Assembly (NCBI GenBank): GCA_965200315.1
Contig: OZ241362.1
Coordinates: 1,376,001 to 1,440,000, forward strand
Length of the DNA stretch: 64,000 nt
Source: Candidatus Latescibacterota bacterium
Lineage (GTDB): Bacteria; Latescibacterota; UBA2968; UBA8231
Direction: 5' to 3'
This document shows positions 51,339-61,193 of this stretch, piece by piece. The position numbers and the translations under genes are program-made. The first letter of the stretch is position 1. Each line of letters opens with the position of its first letter. The notes below the pieces were generated by a model, which did no database searches, was not told the DNA's origin, and saw nothing but the letters and a program-made list of their open reading frames with translations.

Positions 51339-51590
51339 TGGCCTAGATTCCAAGCAGTTTTTGGCACTCAGTGGCCAGAACTGGAAGTATCCGAAAATGA
51401 CGTCCGTACTTCGATCTGCATCACTGATCGGCACGAAGCAATATACAAGACTGTCGAGCTTTTCGAGGAGCCGATACGCAGGCATTTACGCCAAGACGAA
51501 GCGCCGCCTACCATGTGGTTCATTGTCATACCAGAAGAAGTTTACCGCTATGGGCGACCTAAGTCGGTTGTACCGAATGTAAAGCCCTAG
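51339..51590 (+). pseudogene. Short prokaryotic Argonaute fragment (MID-domain region)
   Basis: WPRFQAVFGTQW...RHEAIYKTVELF...MWFIVIPEEVYRYGRPKSVVP parallels short-pAgo FPGFEAVFGxKW...VWFVIVPEEIYKYCRPxSV as recalled; lower GC. Confidence 0.75.
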
Positions 51591-51651
51591 ACTAATGTAT
51601 TGGACGTTTTAGGTTATCATCCGGCTGCATCCACACCGGAGAAAACGGCAC

Positions 51652-53031
51652 ATGGACCCCATAACAGAGCTAGCCGCATTCGACCGCGAGACCGTCGCCC
51701 AAGCCAAAGCCGTCGAACAGCGCATCCAAGCTGAGGGCTTTGCCGCCGGGCACACCATCTGCGACGTACGCGTCTTCCGAGTGCTGATGCCCTGGGTTGG
51801 GACCAAGCGCTGGGACGGCTCGGCCGAGAATTTCACCTTTGCCGAGTTCGAGACCGATAAGGGCTTGGTCGGCGTTGCCGAGGGCACCAACGCGGACGCC
51901 GAAGAATTAAAGGGCAACGTCTTGGGCAAAAATCCTTTTGACCCAAGCATCCGCGCCGATATGGGCCTAGCCTACTGGGACCTAATCGGCAAAATCGCCG
52001 ACCGACCATTGGGCCAGTACTTGCACGAATGCTTCTCGCAGGAAACCCCCTTGGCAGAGCGCGTACCCATGTCGGCCTACACCTGGTATCGCTTCCCCGA
52101 CCTCAACGGCGAAAACGCCGTTACCTTTGAAAGTTATCCATCCTACGTGCAGGAAATTATCCACACCCACGGCTTCCACAACATCAAGCTCTCGATGTGC
52201 GATTTTGAGCCGCAGCACTACGTAGAATTGGTGCGCAACATCCGCGCGGCCGTCGGATCGGACGTGGACATTCGCGTCGATCCACACGCCTCTTGGGGCG
52301 AGGCGCAGGCACTGCGCTTTATGCGCGAAGTCGAGGACTGTCATCTGGAGTGGATTGAGGAGCCGGTCGGCGGGCGTTTTGCTCACATCTTCCGCGCCGG
52401 CCAGCGCCTGCGGCTGTTGAGCACCATACCGATCTCGTCGCACGCTTGGCTGCCGCCGCTGATCCCGCATCCCAGCACCAAGGGCCGCTACGGCGACGAT
52501 GCCCTAGACGCGACGCTGGATCTGGACGCACTGCGCCGCTGGCAGCCGGCCGACATTTCCGCTCCCGACGCCTACGCAGGGCCGCTAGCGCTCAAGCGCT
52601 ATTACGACGCGGCGCGCTTTATGGGTATGGGAATCGGCATGCACAGCGCTTATGAACTGGGACCAGCGACGGCCATCCGCCTACACATCGCCGCCTTTAC
52701 CTTTCCCTACGAAATGCCCTATCACATCGTCTGGGGGCGAGACCGCGCCTTTCCGCCCTTCTCAGCACACGCGCTTGACGCGCATTACAACCAGTGGGCC
52801 GACGACGTCATCTGCGGCGGCAAGATGGCCTACGACCAAGGATTCCTCGCCGTGCCCAAGGGGCCGGGGCTGGGCGTCGAGCTCGATCCCGAACGTCTGC
52901 GCCATTACGCCTTTAGCGCAGAAAAGGCCGCAGCCCACACCCGCCACATCGAACAGATCCGCGCAACCCATCTCGACGCGCTTGGCTGGCGGGTGGAGCG
53001 CAACGGCTGGCGGCGCTATCGGGTGCGCTAG
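51652..53031 (+). CDS. Enolase-superfamily protein (glucarate-dehydratase-like)
   Basis: ETDKGLVG, WDLIGK, RVDP, WIEEP, GMHS, VPKGPGLGVELD. Confidence 0.85.
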   Translation: MDPITELAAFDRETVAQAKAVEQRIQAEGFAAGHTICDVRVFRVLMPWVGTKRWDGSAENFTFAEFETDKGLVGVAEGTNADAEELKGNVLGKNPFDPSIRADMGLAYWDLIGKIADRPLGQYLHECFSQETPLAERVPMSAYTWYRFPDLNGENAVTFESYPSYVQEIIHTHGFHNIKLSMCDFEPQHYVELVRNIRAAVGSDVDIRVDPHASWGEAQALRFMREVEDCHLEWIEEPVGGRFAHIFRAGQRLRLLSTIPISSHAWLPPLIPHPSTKGRYGDDALDATLDLDALRRWQPADISAPDAYAGPLALKRYYDAARFMGMGIGMHSAYELGPATAIRLHIAAFTFPYEMPYHIVWGRDRAFPPFSAHALDAHYNQWADDVICGGKMAYDQGFLAVPKGPGLGVELDPERLRHYAFSAEKAAAHTRHIEQIRATHLDALGWRVERNGWRRYRVR

Positions 53032-53253
53032 GCTCTTTTCCTAAACCACAAAGAGCTGGAGATTTTGGATTAGCGACTAATAGTCTGCTGAGATTTACCG
53101 TTCTTCCGTGAACTTCTTTATATCTTGGCCGTAGCGTACGAGATTCTTCAGCTCTGCGCCCTCTATATGGCTCTCAGAGTCAATTCTTGGACCAGCGTGG
53201 TTGAGAGAATAGAAAGGGTAACGAGTACGTTTTTTCCAGCACTGCTTTTTTGA

Positions 53254-53481
53254 CACGAAGAACGACTAGCGCGACTCAAAGGCGTCTATGAGCACCTAGC
53301 CACCAAAACCGATATCGCCGGCCTCAAAGTCGATATGACCAACCTCGGAGCCAGTTTAAGTAAAGATTTCACTAGTCAGATACAGGACGTCAAAAAGAGC
53401 TTGAACCGACTACAAGGGGGGATCGCGGTATTGGGCATTGTAGTGATTATCCTGCAATTGTGGAGCAAATTGCCCAGCTAA
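53254..53481 (+). pseudogene. 5'-truncated DUF1640/CCDC90-like coiled-coil protein with C-terminal TM helix
   Basis: EERLARLKGVYEHLATKTDI...GIAVLGIVVIILQLW; preceded by an in-frame TGA and no start codon. Confidence 0.55.
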
Positions 53482-53612
53482 AAGTCTCATCAGAACATTC
53501 CCTTTCGCGAGAACGCCCCATGGATCCCGCCGGACTAGCGAAGTCTGGATGGCACTCAGCTATTCACGCCTAAAGGCGCGGTAAAGTCCGCTTGTCTTGC
53601 TCCCGCAAGGAG

Positions 53613-53642
53613 TTCGGCGAGCTCAGTCGAGTCGTGAAGCCC
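53613..53642. repeat. Second copy of the palindromic REP-like element
   Basis: TTCGGCGAGCTCAGTCGAGTCGTGAAGCCC, inverted relative to 50954-50984. Confidence 0.8.
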
Positions 53643-53722
53643 CGGAATGACGACGGGCGGAGCCGCAAGCGGCAGCCCCGACATAAAGCGGCGTAACATC
53701 TGTTACTAAACCACGGAAAGTC

Positions 53723-56026
53723 TCAATACACCACTGAAACCACGCGCCGGACGCGCTGCTGATGGGCGTCTCCATCGAGGTGGAGTTCGAGCAGATAGAG
53801 GCCGGGCGGCACTAGTTGCCCTGCTTGGTCGCGGCCATCCCAAGTGAAGTCCTGAGCACCCGCAGTAACAGCTTGGGAGCGCTCGACGAGCGCGTGCCCG
53901 GCCAAGTCGTAGAGCCGCAGGTGCCAAGGGCGCGGTTCGAGAATGTTGATCACATCGGCGCGGACGGCGAGTGCGTCGTTTATACCGTCGCCGTTGGGCG
54001 TCAGTACCTCAGTATCGAAGAGGACGTTGAGCAAAAGATCGCGGGCGACGGGCAGGCCGACGACGTTGGTGCTGCTGGCGACTTGATCGGTAGCATCCCC
54101 GGGATCGACGCGCTGGCGGCTGGCGTCCTCAGTGCGCGCGTCTTGAATGAAAAGGACGAAAGGGGTGGACTGCTGAAATACTTGGGCGGCAAAGCGCAAT
54201 TCGACGAGGTCGTCATCGCTCAGCGGCTGGGGGAAAGTCACCGCAAAGCCAGCTTCGACCGGCCGGTCTGCGACCTCCAAGGGCGCGTCGTTGACCAAGG
54301 CGCGGATAAAGTGCGCCGGCGTCGGCGTCTCCAAGACGAGACGGTCGAATCCAGATGCCCGCGTCGCACGCGGACGCAAGAAGAAGCGGAATTCGGTTTC
54401 CTCGCCCGGCAAAACCTGAGTCGGGAAAATCTCGCTGACAGCGCGCTGAGATAATGGGTCGCTGAACGCTATACTGAGCGCGTCGAGTTGAAGTGCCACC
54501 GACGGATCGGCAGTGACCATCCGCATCTGTAGCTGAGCGTAGCGCCGCGGCGAAGGCGACTGGAACTCCTGGCCGGAGAAGGCGTAGAGCTTGCTCCACG
54601 CGCTCCAGTCGCCGCCGATGACCTGAGAGGTGTCAATAGGCCCTTTGAAGCTCGGAATCAGCTTGTTGTATTTCCTCTCGGTGACTTGCTTGCCGTTCTT
54701 GTCGTAGTAGGTGAGCAGGTTTTCGACCTCGTTGCCGGAGCGGCTGCGCAGCTCCAGTCGGGTGTCCGGCGGGATGGCGGCTTCCCAAGATAGGGAGTTG
54801 AGGCTTTGGGGGCTTTGGAAATCCATGATGTGCGAGCGAAATTCCAAGTTCTGCGGGAAGCCCTCGCCGAACACCTGAAGCTCTTCGGCAAACCCCCGGA
54901 AGGCCCAGCGATTGCTCGCGTCCCAACTCTTCCACAGCACCCGGATAAAGCGGGTGGGCACCAGCCCGAACTCGTGGGTGGCGGCACCGGTTACTTGTTT
55001 GACGTATTCGCTAGCAGTGCCGGAATAGTACTTCTGCCAGATCAGAGTCCCATCGGGCGCCACGGACCCGTCGGAACCGAGCACTTCGTAGAAATTGAAC
55101 CCAAAGGAGCGCCGAGTGACGAAGAAGTCGATGAACCGGCCGCTGCCTCCGGTAATGCCGCCGCCGGGCCGAGCCACTACGCCGCCGACGATTTTGAACT
55201 TATCGACAAAGTAGGTGGCACCTAAGTCGAGGACGATGTGCGAAAAAACGTCGCGCTCGGCTTGGATGGTGCGCCGCACAAACCAACGAGTGGAGAGATC
55301 GCCGTCAATGAGCACTTGGGCATTGCCCAGCGGAATGAGGTCTTGGGTGACAAACGCATCGAGCACAACTTCGAGATTGCCGCCGCGTTCGAGCGTCCTC
55401 AAGGCTAGATTGTCGCCTAGCGCTTCGACCTCGACTTCGAGAAGGCGAGTGTCCGGTTCGAGGGCGAGCAAGTCCAAGCGCACGTACTGGATCGGCGTGT
55501 GAGAGGACTGGTCGAGTTCATAAGTAATCTCGTGGCGGGTGTTCTCCTTGAAGCGCTCGCGCTGGCGATAGATGACGCTTTCGGCGATGGGATTATCGAC
55601 CTCATCAACGGCGTGTTCGCCAGTGGAAAGCAGCAAGTCAAAAAGCACCGGAGCCGGCCCTTGGGGATCGAAGATCAGCTTGACGCGGCGAGCGGAGACG
55701 CCCCGGCCCAAATTGACCTCAATGGTCCAGCTTTCAGGGGGATCGCTCAGATGAGGATGCCAGCCAGTGGAGCGATTGCCATCCATGACCAGCGGCGCGT
55801 CTCTTAGATTGGAACCAGCGCGGCGGATGCCGCCGCCAAAAGCTGCGGCATTGAGCACGGCATTGATGTTGCGGCGGGCAGCGATGGGCTTGAGGGCACC
55901 TTGTGGAGTCAGCTCAACCGTGCCGGGCAGCGGCCAAGCCTGCCAGTCGCGGCGCGAGCCAAAGCGAATCTCGTCGGCACTCGCCGAAGGCACGGAAAAG
56001 GCGCAGACAACCGCACATATAGCCAT
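53723..56026 (-). CDS. Large secreted protein with discoidin-like beta domains and C-terminal FlgD Ig-like domain; ancestral start (TTG 56163) cut off by a MITE
   Basis: TPNGDGIND, WDGRDQAGQLVPPGLY C-terminus; signal-peptide cleavage ASA-DE; current start uncertain. Confidence 0.8.
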   Translation of the reverse strand: MAICAVVCAFSVPSASADEIRFGSRRDWQAWPLPGTVELTPQGALKPIAARRNINAVLNAAAFGGGIRRAGSNLRDAPLVMDGNRSTGWHPHLSDPPESWTIEVNLGRGVSARRVKLIFDPQGPAPVLFDLLLSTGEHAVDEVDNPIAESVIYRQRERFKENTRHEITYELDQSSHTPIQYVRLDLLALEPDTRLLEVEVEALGDNLALRTLERGGNLEVVLDAFVTQDLIPLGNAQVLIDGDLSTRWFVRRTIQAERDVFSHIVLDLGATYFVDKFKIVGGVVARPGGGITGGSGRFIDFFVTRRSFGFNFYEVLGSDGSVAPDGTLIWQKYYSGTASEYVKQVTGAATHEFGLVPTRFIRVLWKSWDASNRWAFRGFAEELQVFGEGFPQNLEFRSHIMDFQSPQSLNSLSWEAAIPPDTRLELRSRSGNEVENLLTYYDKNGKQVTERKYNKLIPSFKGPIDTSQVIGGDWSAWSKLYAFSGQEFQSPSPRRYAQLQMRMVTADPSVALQLDALSIAFSDPLSQRAVSEIFPTQVLPGEETEFRFFLRPRATRASGFDRLVLETPTPAHFIRALVNDAPLEVADRPVEAGFAVTFPQPLSDDDLVELRFAAQVFQQSTPFVLFIQDARTEDASRQRVDPGDATDQVASSTNVVGLPVARDLLLNVLFDTEVLTPNGDGINDALAVRADVINILEPRPWHLRLYDLAGHALVERSQAVTAGAQDFTWDGRDQAGQLVPPGLYLLELHLDGDAHQQRVRRVVSVVY

Positions 56027-56132
56027 CCCGAATGATTGAACAATTCGAGAAGCGGATCGTCTTGGTTCTACTATTCTGTGTCCATCTGAGTCCATCTGCG
56101 GATCATCTTGTGAGTGATGTAGGATGGCTATA
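56018..56132. mobile_element. MITE, 111 bp with TA target duplication
   Basis: TA-TAGCCATCC...GGATGGCTA-TA; removal restores a signal-peptide reading frame. Confidence 0.85.
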
Positions 56133-56166
56133 ACAGCGGTGAAGTGCTCCCACCTAGCTTCAAACC

Positions 56167-56931
56167 CTACTTCTGCAAGACGCTGCCCGCGCCGTGGCGA
56201 TCCCAAATCCCCACCGCCCCGTTGCGCTGCCCATCGGCCCCCAAGAAGACGAGGTGGGTTCCATTGGCGGCGTTGACGTGCAAGCCACCGTTGCCGCCAG
56301 CACCCGCGCCTGCGTAGATCAGGTTGTCGCCGGTGCGGCTATTGATCAGCAGGCCACCATTTTGCGACGAATCGGCACCAGCGAGGAAGACGTTGACGCC
56401 CGCGGCATTGTTGGCCATCAGCAAGCCACTGCCTTCATCTTCACCCGCAGCGATTAGCAAATTGCCAACTGCGCTCCGCAGGGCCAAGTGGCCGCTGCCT
56501 ATCTCACTTGCGCCTAGGTACGCCAACTGCTCGCCCGCGGCGTTGTACACCTGCACCGCACCTCCCTCTTGATCGCTGCTCACAACCGAGACCAGCGGTG
56601 CGCCAGTAGCCGTGTTGACCACCAGCAAGCCGTGGCCAGTTGCGTCGGTACTGAGGCTAACTCCGCCCTCGCCTTTGCCAGCTCCCACCCACAAAGCACC
56701 GTTCTGGCGCTCGTCAGCCGTAGCTACGAGCACGGGTTGCCCCTCGTCGTTGAGGATTTCAATGGCGCGGGCGCGAACCACATCGGCCCCGGATGCCGTA
56801 CTCATCAAGGCGGTACTCAGCGACGCGCTCAGCACAATGGCAACGTCGGTTAGGGCTAGCGCGGCCAGCAGCGCCAAGAGGCGACGGCCAATGTAACGTT
56901 CCAAAGAAGCGTACGGTTGAAAGGTGTGCAT
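56167..56931 (-). CDS. Membrane-anchored hypothetical protein with about 22-aa Gly-rich beta repeats
   Basis: AGGAG RBS before ATG 56931; TM helix; repeated GxLxVxNxxGxxL pattern. Confidence 0.7.
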   Translation of the reverse strand: MHTFQPYASLERYIGRRLLALLAALALTDVAIVLSASLSTALMSTASGADVVRARAIEILNDEGQPVLVATADERQNGALWVGAGKGEGGVSLSTDATGHGLLVVNTATGAPLVSVVSSDQEGGAVQVYNAAGEQLAYLGASEIGSGHLALRSAVGNLLIAAGEDEGSGLLMANNAAGVNVFLAGADSSQNGGLLINSRTGDNLIYAGAGAGGNGGLHVNAANGTHLVFLGADGQRNGAVGIWDRHGAGSVLQK

Positions 56932-57013
56932 ACGTCTCCTCTCGATAAAAATCGGTTTTTCACTCACCGCCTAGAGCTTATTTTGCATGGCAAACCTACA
57001 CAAGGAGACATTC

Positions 57014-58222
57014 ATGGCCAAGATCAAGGAAGTTCGCTGCATCCGCACCCGCCAGAACGGCACGTGGGTCATCGTCAAGATCATCACCGACCAGCCCGGC
57101 CTCTACGGCATCGGCTCGGCCAGCGAGCACAACCACGCCGCCACCGTCGCCACGGCCCTCGAAGAGAGCTTGGGACCGCTGCTAATTGGCCGCGAGGCCA
57201 GCCGCATCGAAGACATCTGGCAGTGCGTGTACAACAGCGGCTACTGGCGCAGCGGCTCCATCCTCAACGCCGCGTTAGGCGGCATTGACATGGCCCTGTG
57301 GGACATCAAGGGCAAAGAGGCCGGGATGCCCGTGTACGACCTGTTAGGCGGAGCCTGCCGCGCCGCGGTCCCCTGCTACGCCCATGCTGGCGGCGGCGAT
57401 CACGAGTCGCTCGCCGATGACATCCAGCGCTACATCGACGAGGGCTGGCCGGTAATCCGCTGCCAACTCGGCGGCTACGGCGGCGGCGGTTTCGTGGAAA
57501 ACGCCCTCAAGCCGCGCAATGCTTGGTCGGCAGCACCCGCCTTTGACGACGAAGCCTATCTAGAGGCCATTCCCGCGATGTTCGAGTACTTGCGCGACAA
57601 GCTCGGTTTTGGCCCCAAGCTCACCCACGACGTCCACGAGCACCTCAAACCGCAAATCGCAGTGGCACTGGCCAAGCGGCTGGAACCCTACCGGCTATTT
57701 TTTCTCGAAGACGCCCTAGCACCCGAGCAGATCGGCTGGTACCGGCTCATGCGCCAGCAATGCACCACGCCGCAGGCCATGGGCGAGCTATTCGTCAATG
57801 TCCACGAATACCTGCCGCTGATCAGCGAGCGCCTCATCGACTACATCCGCATCCGAGTGGCCAAAGGCGGCGGCATCACCCCCTGCCGCAAAATCGCCGC
57901 GCTCTGCGAGTTTTACGGCGTACAGACCGCTTGGCAGGAAGGTGGAGACAACGATCCGGTCAACCAAGCGGCGGCCATGCACCTCGACATGGCGAGCTAC
58001 AGCTTCGGAATCCAAGAGGAAAACGGTTTCAGCCCAGCAGAGCTGGAGGCGTTCCCCGGACACGCTACTATGGAAGGGGGGTACATGTATCCCAACGACC
58101 AGCCGGGGTTAGGGATCGACATCGACGAAGAGAAGGCGAAGAAGCTGTTGGTCGGTGACCAAGTGCGCGCCTTTTACGCGGCCGAGGACCGCCGCGCCGA
58201 CGGCAGCGTGGTGCGGCCCTAA
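57014..58222 (+). CDS. Mannonate dehydratase/RspA-like enolase-superfamily protein
   Basis: SGYWRSG, DMALWDIKGK, IRCQ, HDVHE, FFLED, MGE, PGLGIDIDE. Confidence 0.9.
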   Translation: MAKIKEVRCIRTRQNGTWVIVKIITDQPGLYGIGSASEHNHAATVATALEESLGPLLIGREASRIEDIWQCVYNSGYWRSGSILNAALGGIDMALWDIKGKEAGMPVYDLLGGACRAAVPCYAHAGGGDHESLADDIQRYIDEGWPVIRCQLGGYGGGGFVENALKPRNAWSAAPAFDDEAYLEAIPAMFEYLRDKLGFGPKLTHDVHEHLKPQIAVALAKRLEPYRLFFLEDALAPEQIGWYRLMRQQCTTPQAMGELFVNVHEYLPLISERLIDYIRIRVAKGGGITPCRKIAALCEFYGVQTAWQEGGDNDPVNQAAAMHLDMASYSFGIQEENGFSPAELEAFPGHATMEGGYMYPNDQPGLGIDIDEEKAKKLLVGDQVRAFYAAEDRRADGSVVRP

Positions 58223-58251
58223 GTGGCGGGGCCTCCCCACTCCAGCACTCT

Positions 58252-58482
58252 TATAGCCATCCTACATGAGTTGCGGGGCAGGCGGGATGGCACACGGTCA
58301 GCGCAACCCCGCTGGGATCGAGGGCATCCTGCCCTCGAAAAACGCCGGCTGCTTAGGCTACGCGCCCGCTGCGCCCCGCCGCCCGCCGCTCCTCCTGCGC
58401 GGGGTCGTCGGTGCCTGCGTCCTTAGCCAGCCTGCGGGCGCGCCGCCTGCCCTATCGTAGGAACGATGTAGGACTACCTATA
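58252..58482. mobile_element. MITE, 227 bp, same terminal repeat family as 56018-56132
   Basis: TA-TAGCCATCCTACAT...ATGTAGGACTACCTA-TA; internal palindrome TCGAGGGCA-TCC-TGCCCTCGA. Confidence 0.75.
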
Positions 58483-58486
58483 AGGA

Positions 58487-58700
58487 GACCCGGCCAGCGG
58501 CAAGACATCGCCGCCGCGCATCCCGCTGTCGTTGCCGACCTGCGCACGGCATACGATGACTGGTGGAAGCTCGTGTCCGCACAATTCGACCGCGACGAGC
58601 CGATGGCCTTGGGGGGGACGACCAACCCGCCAAACTCACCACCCACGATATTCGCAATGAGGTGTGCAGTGCCGTGTGGAATCAGCACCACGTTCATTCG
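58487..58700 (+). pseudogene. Arylsulfatase C-terminal remnant, frameshifted
   Basis: PGQRQDIAAAHPAVVADLRTAYDDWW then, in another frame, LTTHD...WNQHHV. Confidence 0.65.
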
Positions 58701-58718
58701 TCTGCGCCGCCTAGGGCG

Positions 58719-59210
58719 TCATCCTTCCTGAGAATCGCGGCCCAGTTCCTCGTCGAATAGCCGTTTGGCTTTGGTAGCGGCCCATTGCTCGCAGGCGCGG
58801 GCGGCTTGGGTGGTTGGCTCGCGAATATCCGGGGGAACCGGAAGACCGAGTTCACCAAGCGCATATTCCACCGCTTCTTGAAGCTGTTGTTGCTCCCATA
58901 GCCATTCTTCGGAGTTGAGATACAGAATCGGCATGGCCAGCACTTCCTCTCGACCAGCGAGCAGCTTCTGCAAAACAGTCCGTGATGCCCCACGACGATT
59001 GCGTTCGAGACGCAGCTCGTAGCGGAGCATCTCGTCGCGATAGGTCTCTACCCGCTGTCGGACGAAAGAACATTGCTCTCGGAATGTGGGGGAGGGAGGG
59101 CTGGGCTCTACGGTTGGCGTACTTGCGCTACGACGCCTACGCCGTATCACAATGCCGCCTACAATGACCGCAGTACCGGCGGCCAAAATCACGAGACTCT
59201 TCGTATCCAT
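58719..59210 (-). CDS. Membrane-anchored hypothetical protein (last gene of dynamin operon)
   Basis: N-terminal TM followed by RRRRR; ATG directly abuts the upstream TAA. Confidence 0.7.
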   Translation of the reverse strand: MDTKSLVILAAGTAVIVGGIVIRRRRRSASTPTVEPSPPSPTFREQCSFVRQRVETYRDEMLRYELRLERNRRGASRTVLQKLLAGREEVLAMPILYLNSEEWLWEQQQLQEAVEYALGELGLPVPPDIREPTTQAARACEQWAATKAKRLFDEELGRDSQEG

Positions 59211-61193
59211 TTAGGCACTCCTCGCCAAGTCATATTCAGCGTTAAGCGCGTCCACTTGCAGCTTTCGACGCTCCAATTCCGCAATCCCATCTTCAATGTC
59301 GCGCCGCTTGTCCTTATCGGACGCATTTTCCTTTTCCAACTCTTCCAATAGCTTCTGCCTTTTATCGAGATTGCTCTGACAACTACCTTCCATTGGGCTA
59401 AGAGCCTTTTGTCCGAGATTGTACAACTCTCGGCCAGCGTGTGCAGAGATTTCTTCAAGAGTGTTTCCCAGGTGCGATCCAAGTTCAGTTATCAACTTCT
59501 TAACAGCATCTCTTCTGCCTGCCTCCGTATTAAAAAGACCCGCCCAAAAACCAGTGGCCTCTTTCACAGCCTTCTTCAGAGTCAAACTGTCAAGCTTGTT
59601 GAGCAGTTCCGCTTCTCCGCCTTTGCAAATGGTGTGAGATGAGATCGGCAGTAAGTGAGGCTGTGGCACGCTGGCTTTTAATCCGCTTGCCAGCAATTTA
59701 TCTTTCAGATCACACTCCGCCTGATCGAGCGTACCTTCCATTTTCTCCACGACCTCTGTGATAGTATTCGCAAGCGTGTCACGCTCGTGATACAATCTGT
59801 CTTGAATGCTCCATGTTGCTTCGCCTGCCAAATTGTTGAGAGACTTTACCTGTTTAAGGTCATCTTCGATCCCTTGAATGACTTTCTTTTTTGTTTCCTT
59901 AAAGCTGCCGTGCAGAGATACTAGTGCTTCGTTAATATCCTTTTCGAACTTCGCTCGCACGTTATGGGCAACTGAACCTATCAAACTAATGCTTTCGGAG
60001 ACCCGCTCTTTTTCTTCGCGGCGCTCTTCCTGCGATGCGTTGACAGCATTGAGATTAGCCGTCAATACCGCCTTGGCCTGAGAGATGCCCGCATCGGCAC
60101 TTTCAAAGACGCTGTCCAAGCGCCTTTGATGCGCCTCGATAATACCATCGCCTTTGGTGACGATGATTCGTCGTTCAATGACACTGCGGAGTTGCTCGAT
60201 ACCGTGCTGCTCTGGATCCAAATAGCCCCTATCAGATAGTTTCCGTTCATGCCATTTCAAATCCTCGGACAGGGGACGACCGGCTGCCTGCATGGCGGAA
60301 ATAAGCGCACCGAGGCCACTGACGAGTACGATCTGGTCGTCATCTCCAAACAGGGACTTCATCCTCAAGTCGCCGCTGTCCCGGATATTCCGAATGTGGC
60401 TCTGAATGGCCTCTTTGTTGGGTTGCGTGTCGCACTTGTTCACCGCGATGATGCGCCGCTGGGGATTGATGTGTGCCAAGTGCTCGTCAATAAACTTCAC
60501 GTCCGCCGCAGTCATGCCCGCGCTCCCGGCAAAAGTGACGTACACCACAGCGTCGGCACGCTCGATCCACTCGCGGGTGATTTTGTCGCGCTCCGGGTTC
60601 GGATCATTGGTTCCGGGGGTATCAGCTACTGTCACTTGATGGAGCCACGGACGATCCGCCCATAACTGCACATAGTTGACATACGCACTGTATAGGCCTC
60701 CGCGACTGCATACCGCCGCAAACTGGCCGAGCTTATCGAGACCCTCCTCAGAAATGACCTGTGCCGGGGTGGTGAGCAGGTCGGGTTCCTTGATCCCCTC
60801 CGCCCGAGCTTTCTCCCGCGCCTCCGCGAGTTCCTGCGCGGAGCGTTCATCCGGCTTGCTGGATTCCACCACCTGGAGAAACTCGTCATGCGTGTACAGC
60901 GTGGCCTCAACGCGCTCTGTCGCACCCCCTTCCATGAGTGCGATCTTGGCCGTCATGGTCGTAACGTGACTTGGCAGCACCTCCTCCGAAAAAAGCAGGG
61001 CGTTGAGCAGGGTCGATTTCCCGCTGTTCATCTCACCACAGACCGCTACAACGAAGCGATCGGCTTGCAGGTTGGTTTTTGCCTCCTGAAGTGCCGCCAC
61101 GTCTGCCTTTAGCAATTCATGGTTCTCAATGACGCGGTCGTACCACTCACAGAGGGCTGCTCGGTGCGTTTGGTAATCTTGAAAGTCCTTCAT
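59211..61193 (-). CDS. Bacterial dynamin-like GTPase
   Basis: GEMNSGKSTLLNAL (G1), TMT (G2), DTPG (G3), NKCD (G4), VSG, helical C-terminus. Confidence 0.9.
   Translation of the reverse strand: MKDFQDYQTHRAALCEWYDRVIENHELLKADVAALQEAKTNLQADRFVVAVCGEMNSGKSTLLNALLFSEEVLPSHVTTMTAKIALMEGGATERVEATLYTHDEFLQVVESSKPDERSAQELAEAREKARAEGIKEPDLLTTPAQVISEEGLDKLGQFAAVCSRGGLYSAYVNYVQLWADRPWLHQVTVADTPGTNDPNPERDKITREWIERADAVVYVTFAGSAGMTAADVKFIDEHLAHINPQRRIIAVNKCDTQPNKEAIQSHIRNIRDSGDLRMKSLFGDDDQIVLVSGLGALISAMQAAGRPLSEDLKWHERKLSDRGYLDPEQHGIEQLRSVIERRIIVTKGDGIIEAHQRRLDSVFESADAGISQAKAVLTANLNAVNASQEERREEKERVSESISLIGSVAHNVRAKFEKDINEALVSLHGSFKETKKKVIQGIEDDLKQVKSLNNLAGEATWSIQDRLYHERDTLANTITEVVEKMEGTLDQAECDLKDKLLASGLKASVPQPHLLPISSHTICKGGEAELLNKLDSLTLKKAVKEATGFWAGLFNTEAGRRDAVKKLITELGSHLGNTLEEISAHAGRELYNLGQKALSPMEGSCQSNLDKRQKLLEELEKENASDKDKRRDIEDGIAELERRKLQVDALNAEYDLARSA

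Noticed and set aside
56027-56206. N-terminal extension of the 827-aa ORF as genuine coding sequence
   Set aside because: It is read through MITE sequence and overlaps the upstream gene; the ancestral start is better explained by TTG at 56163
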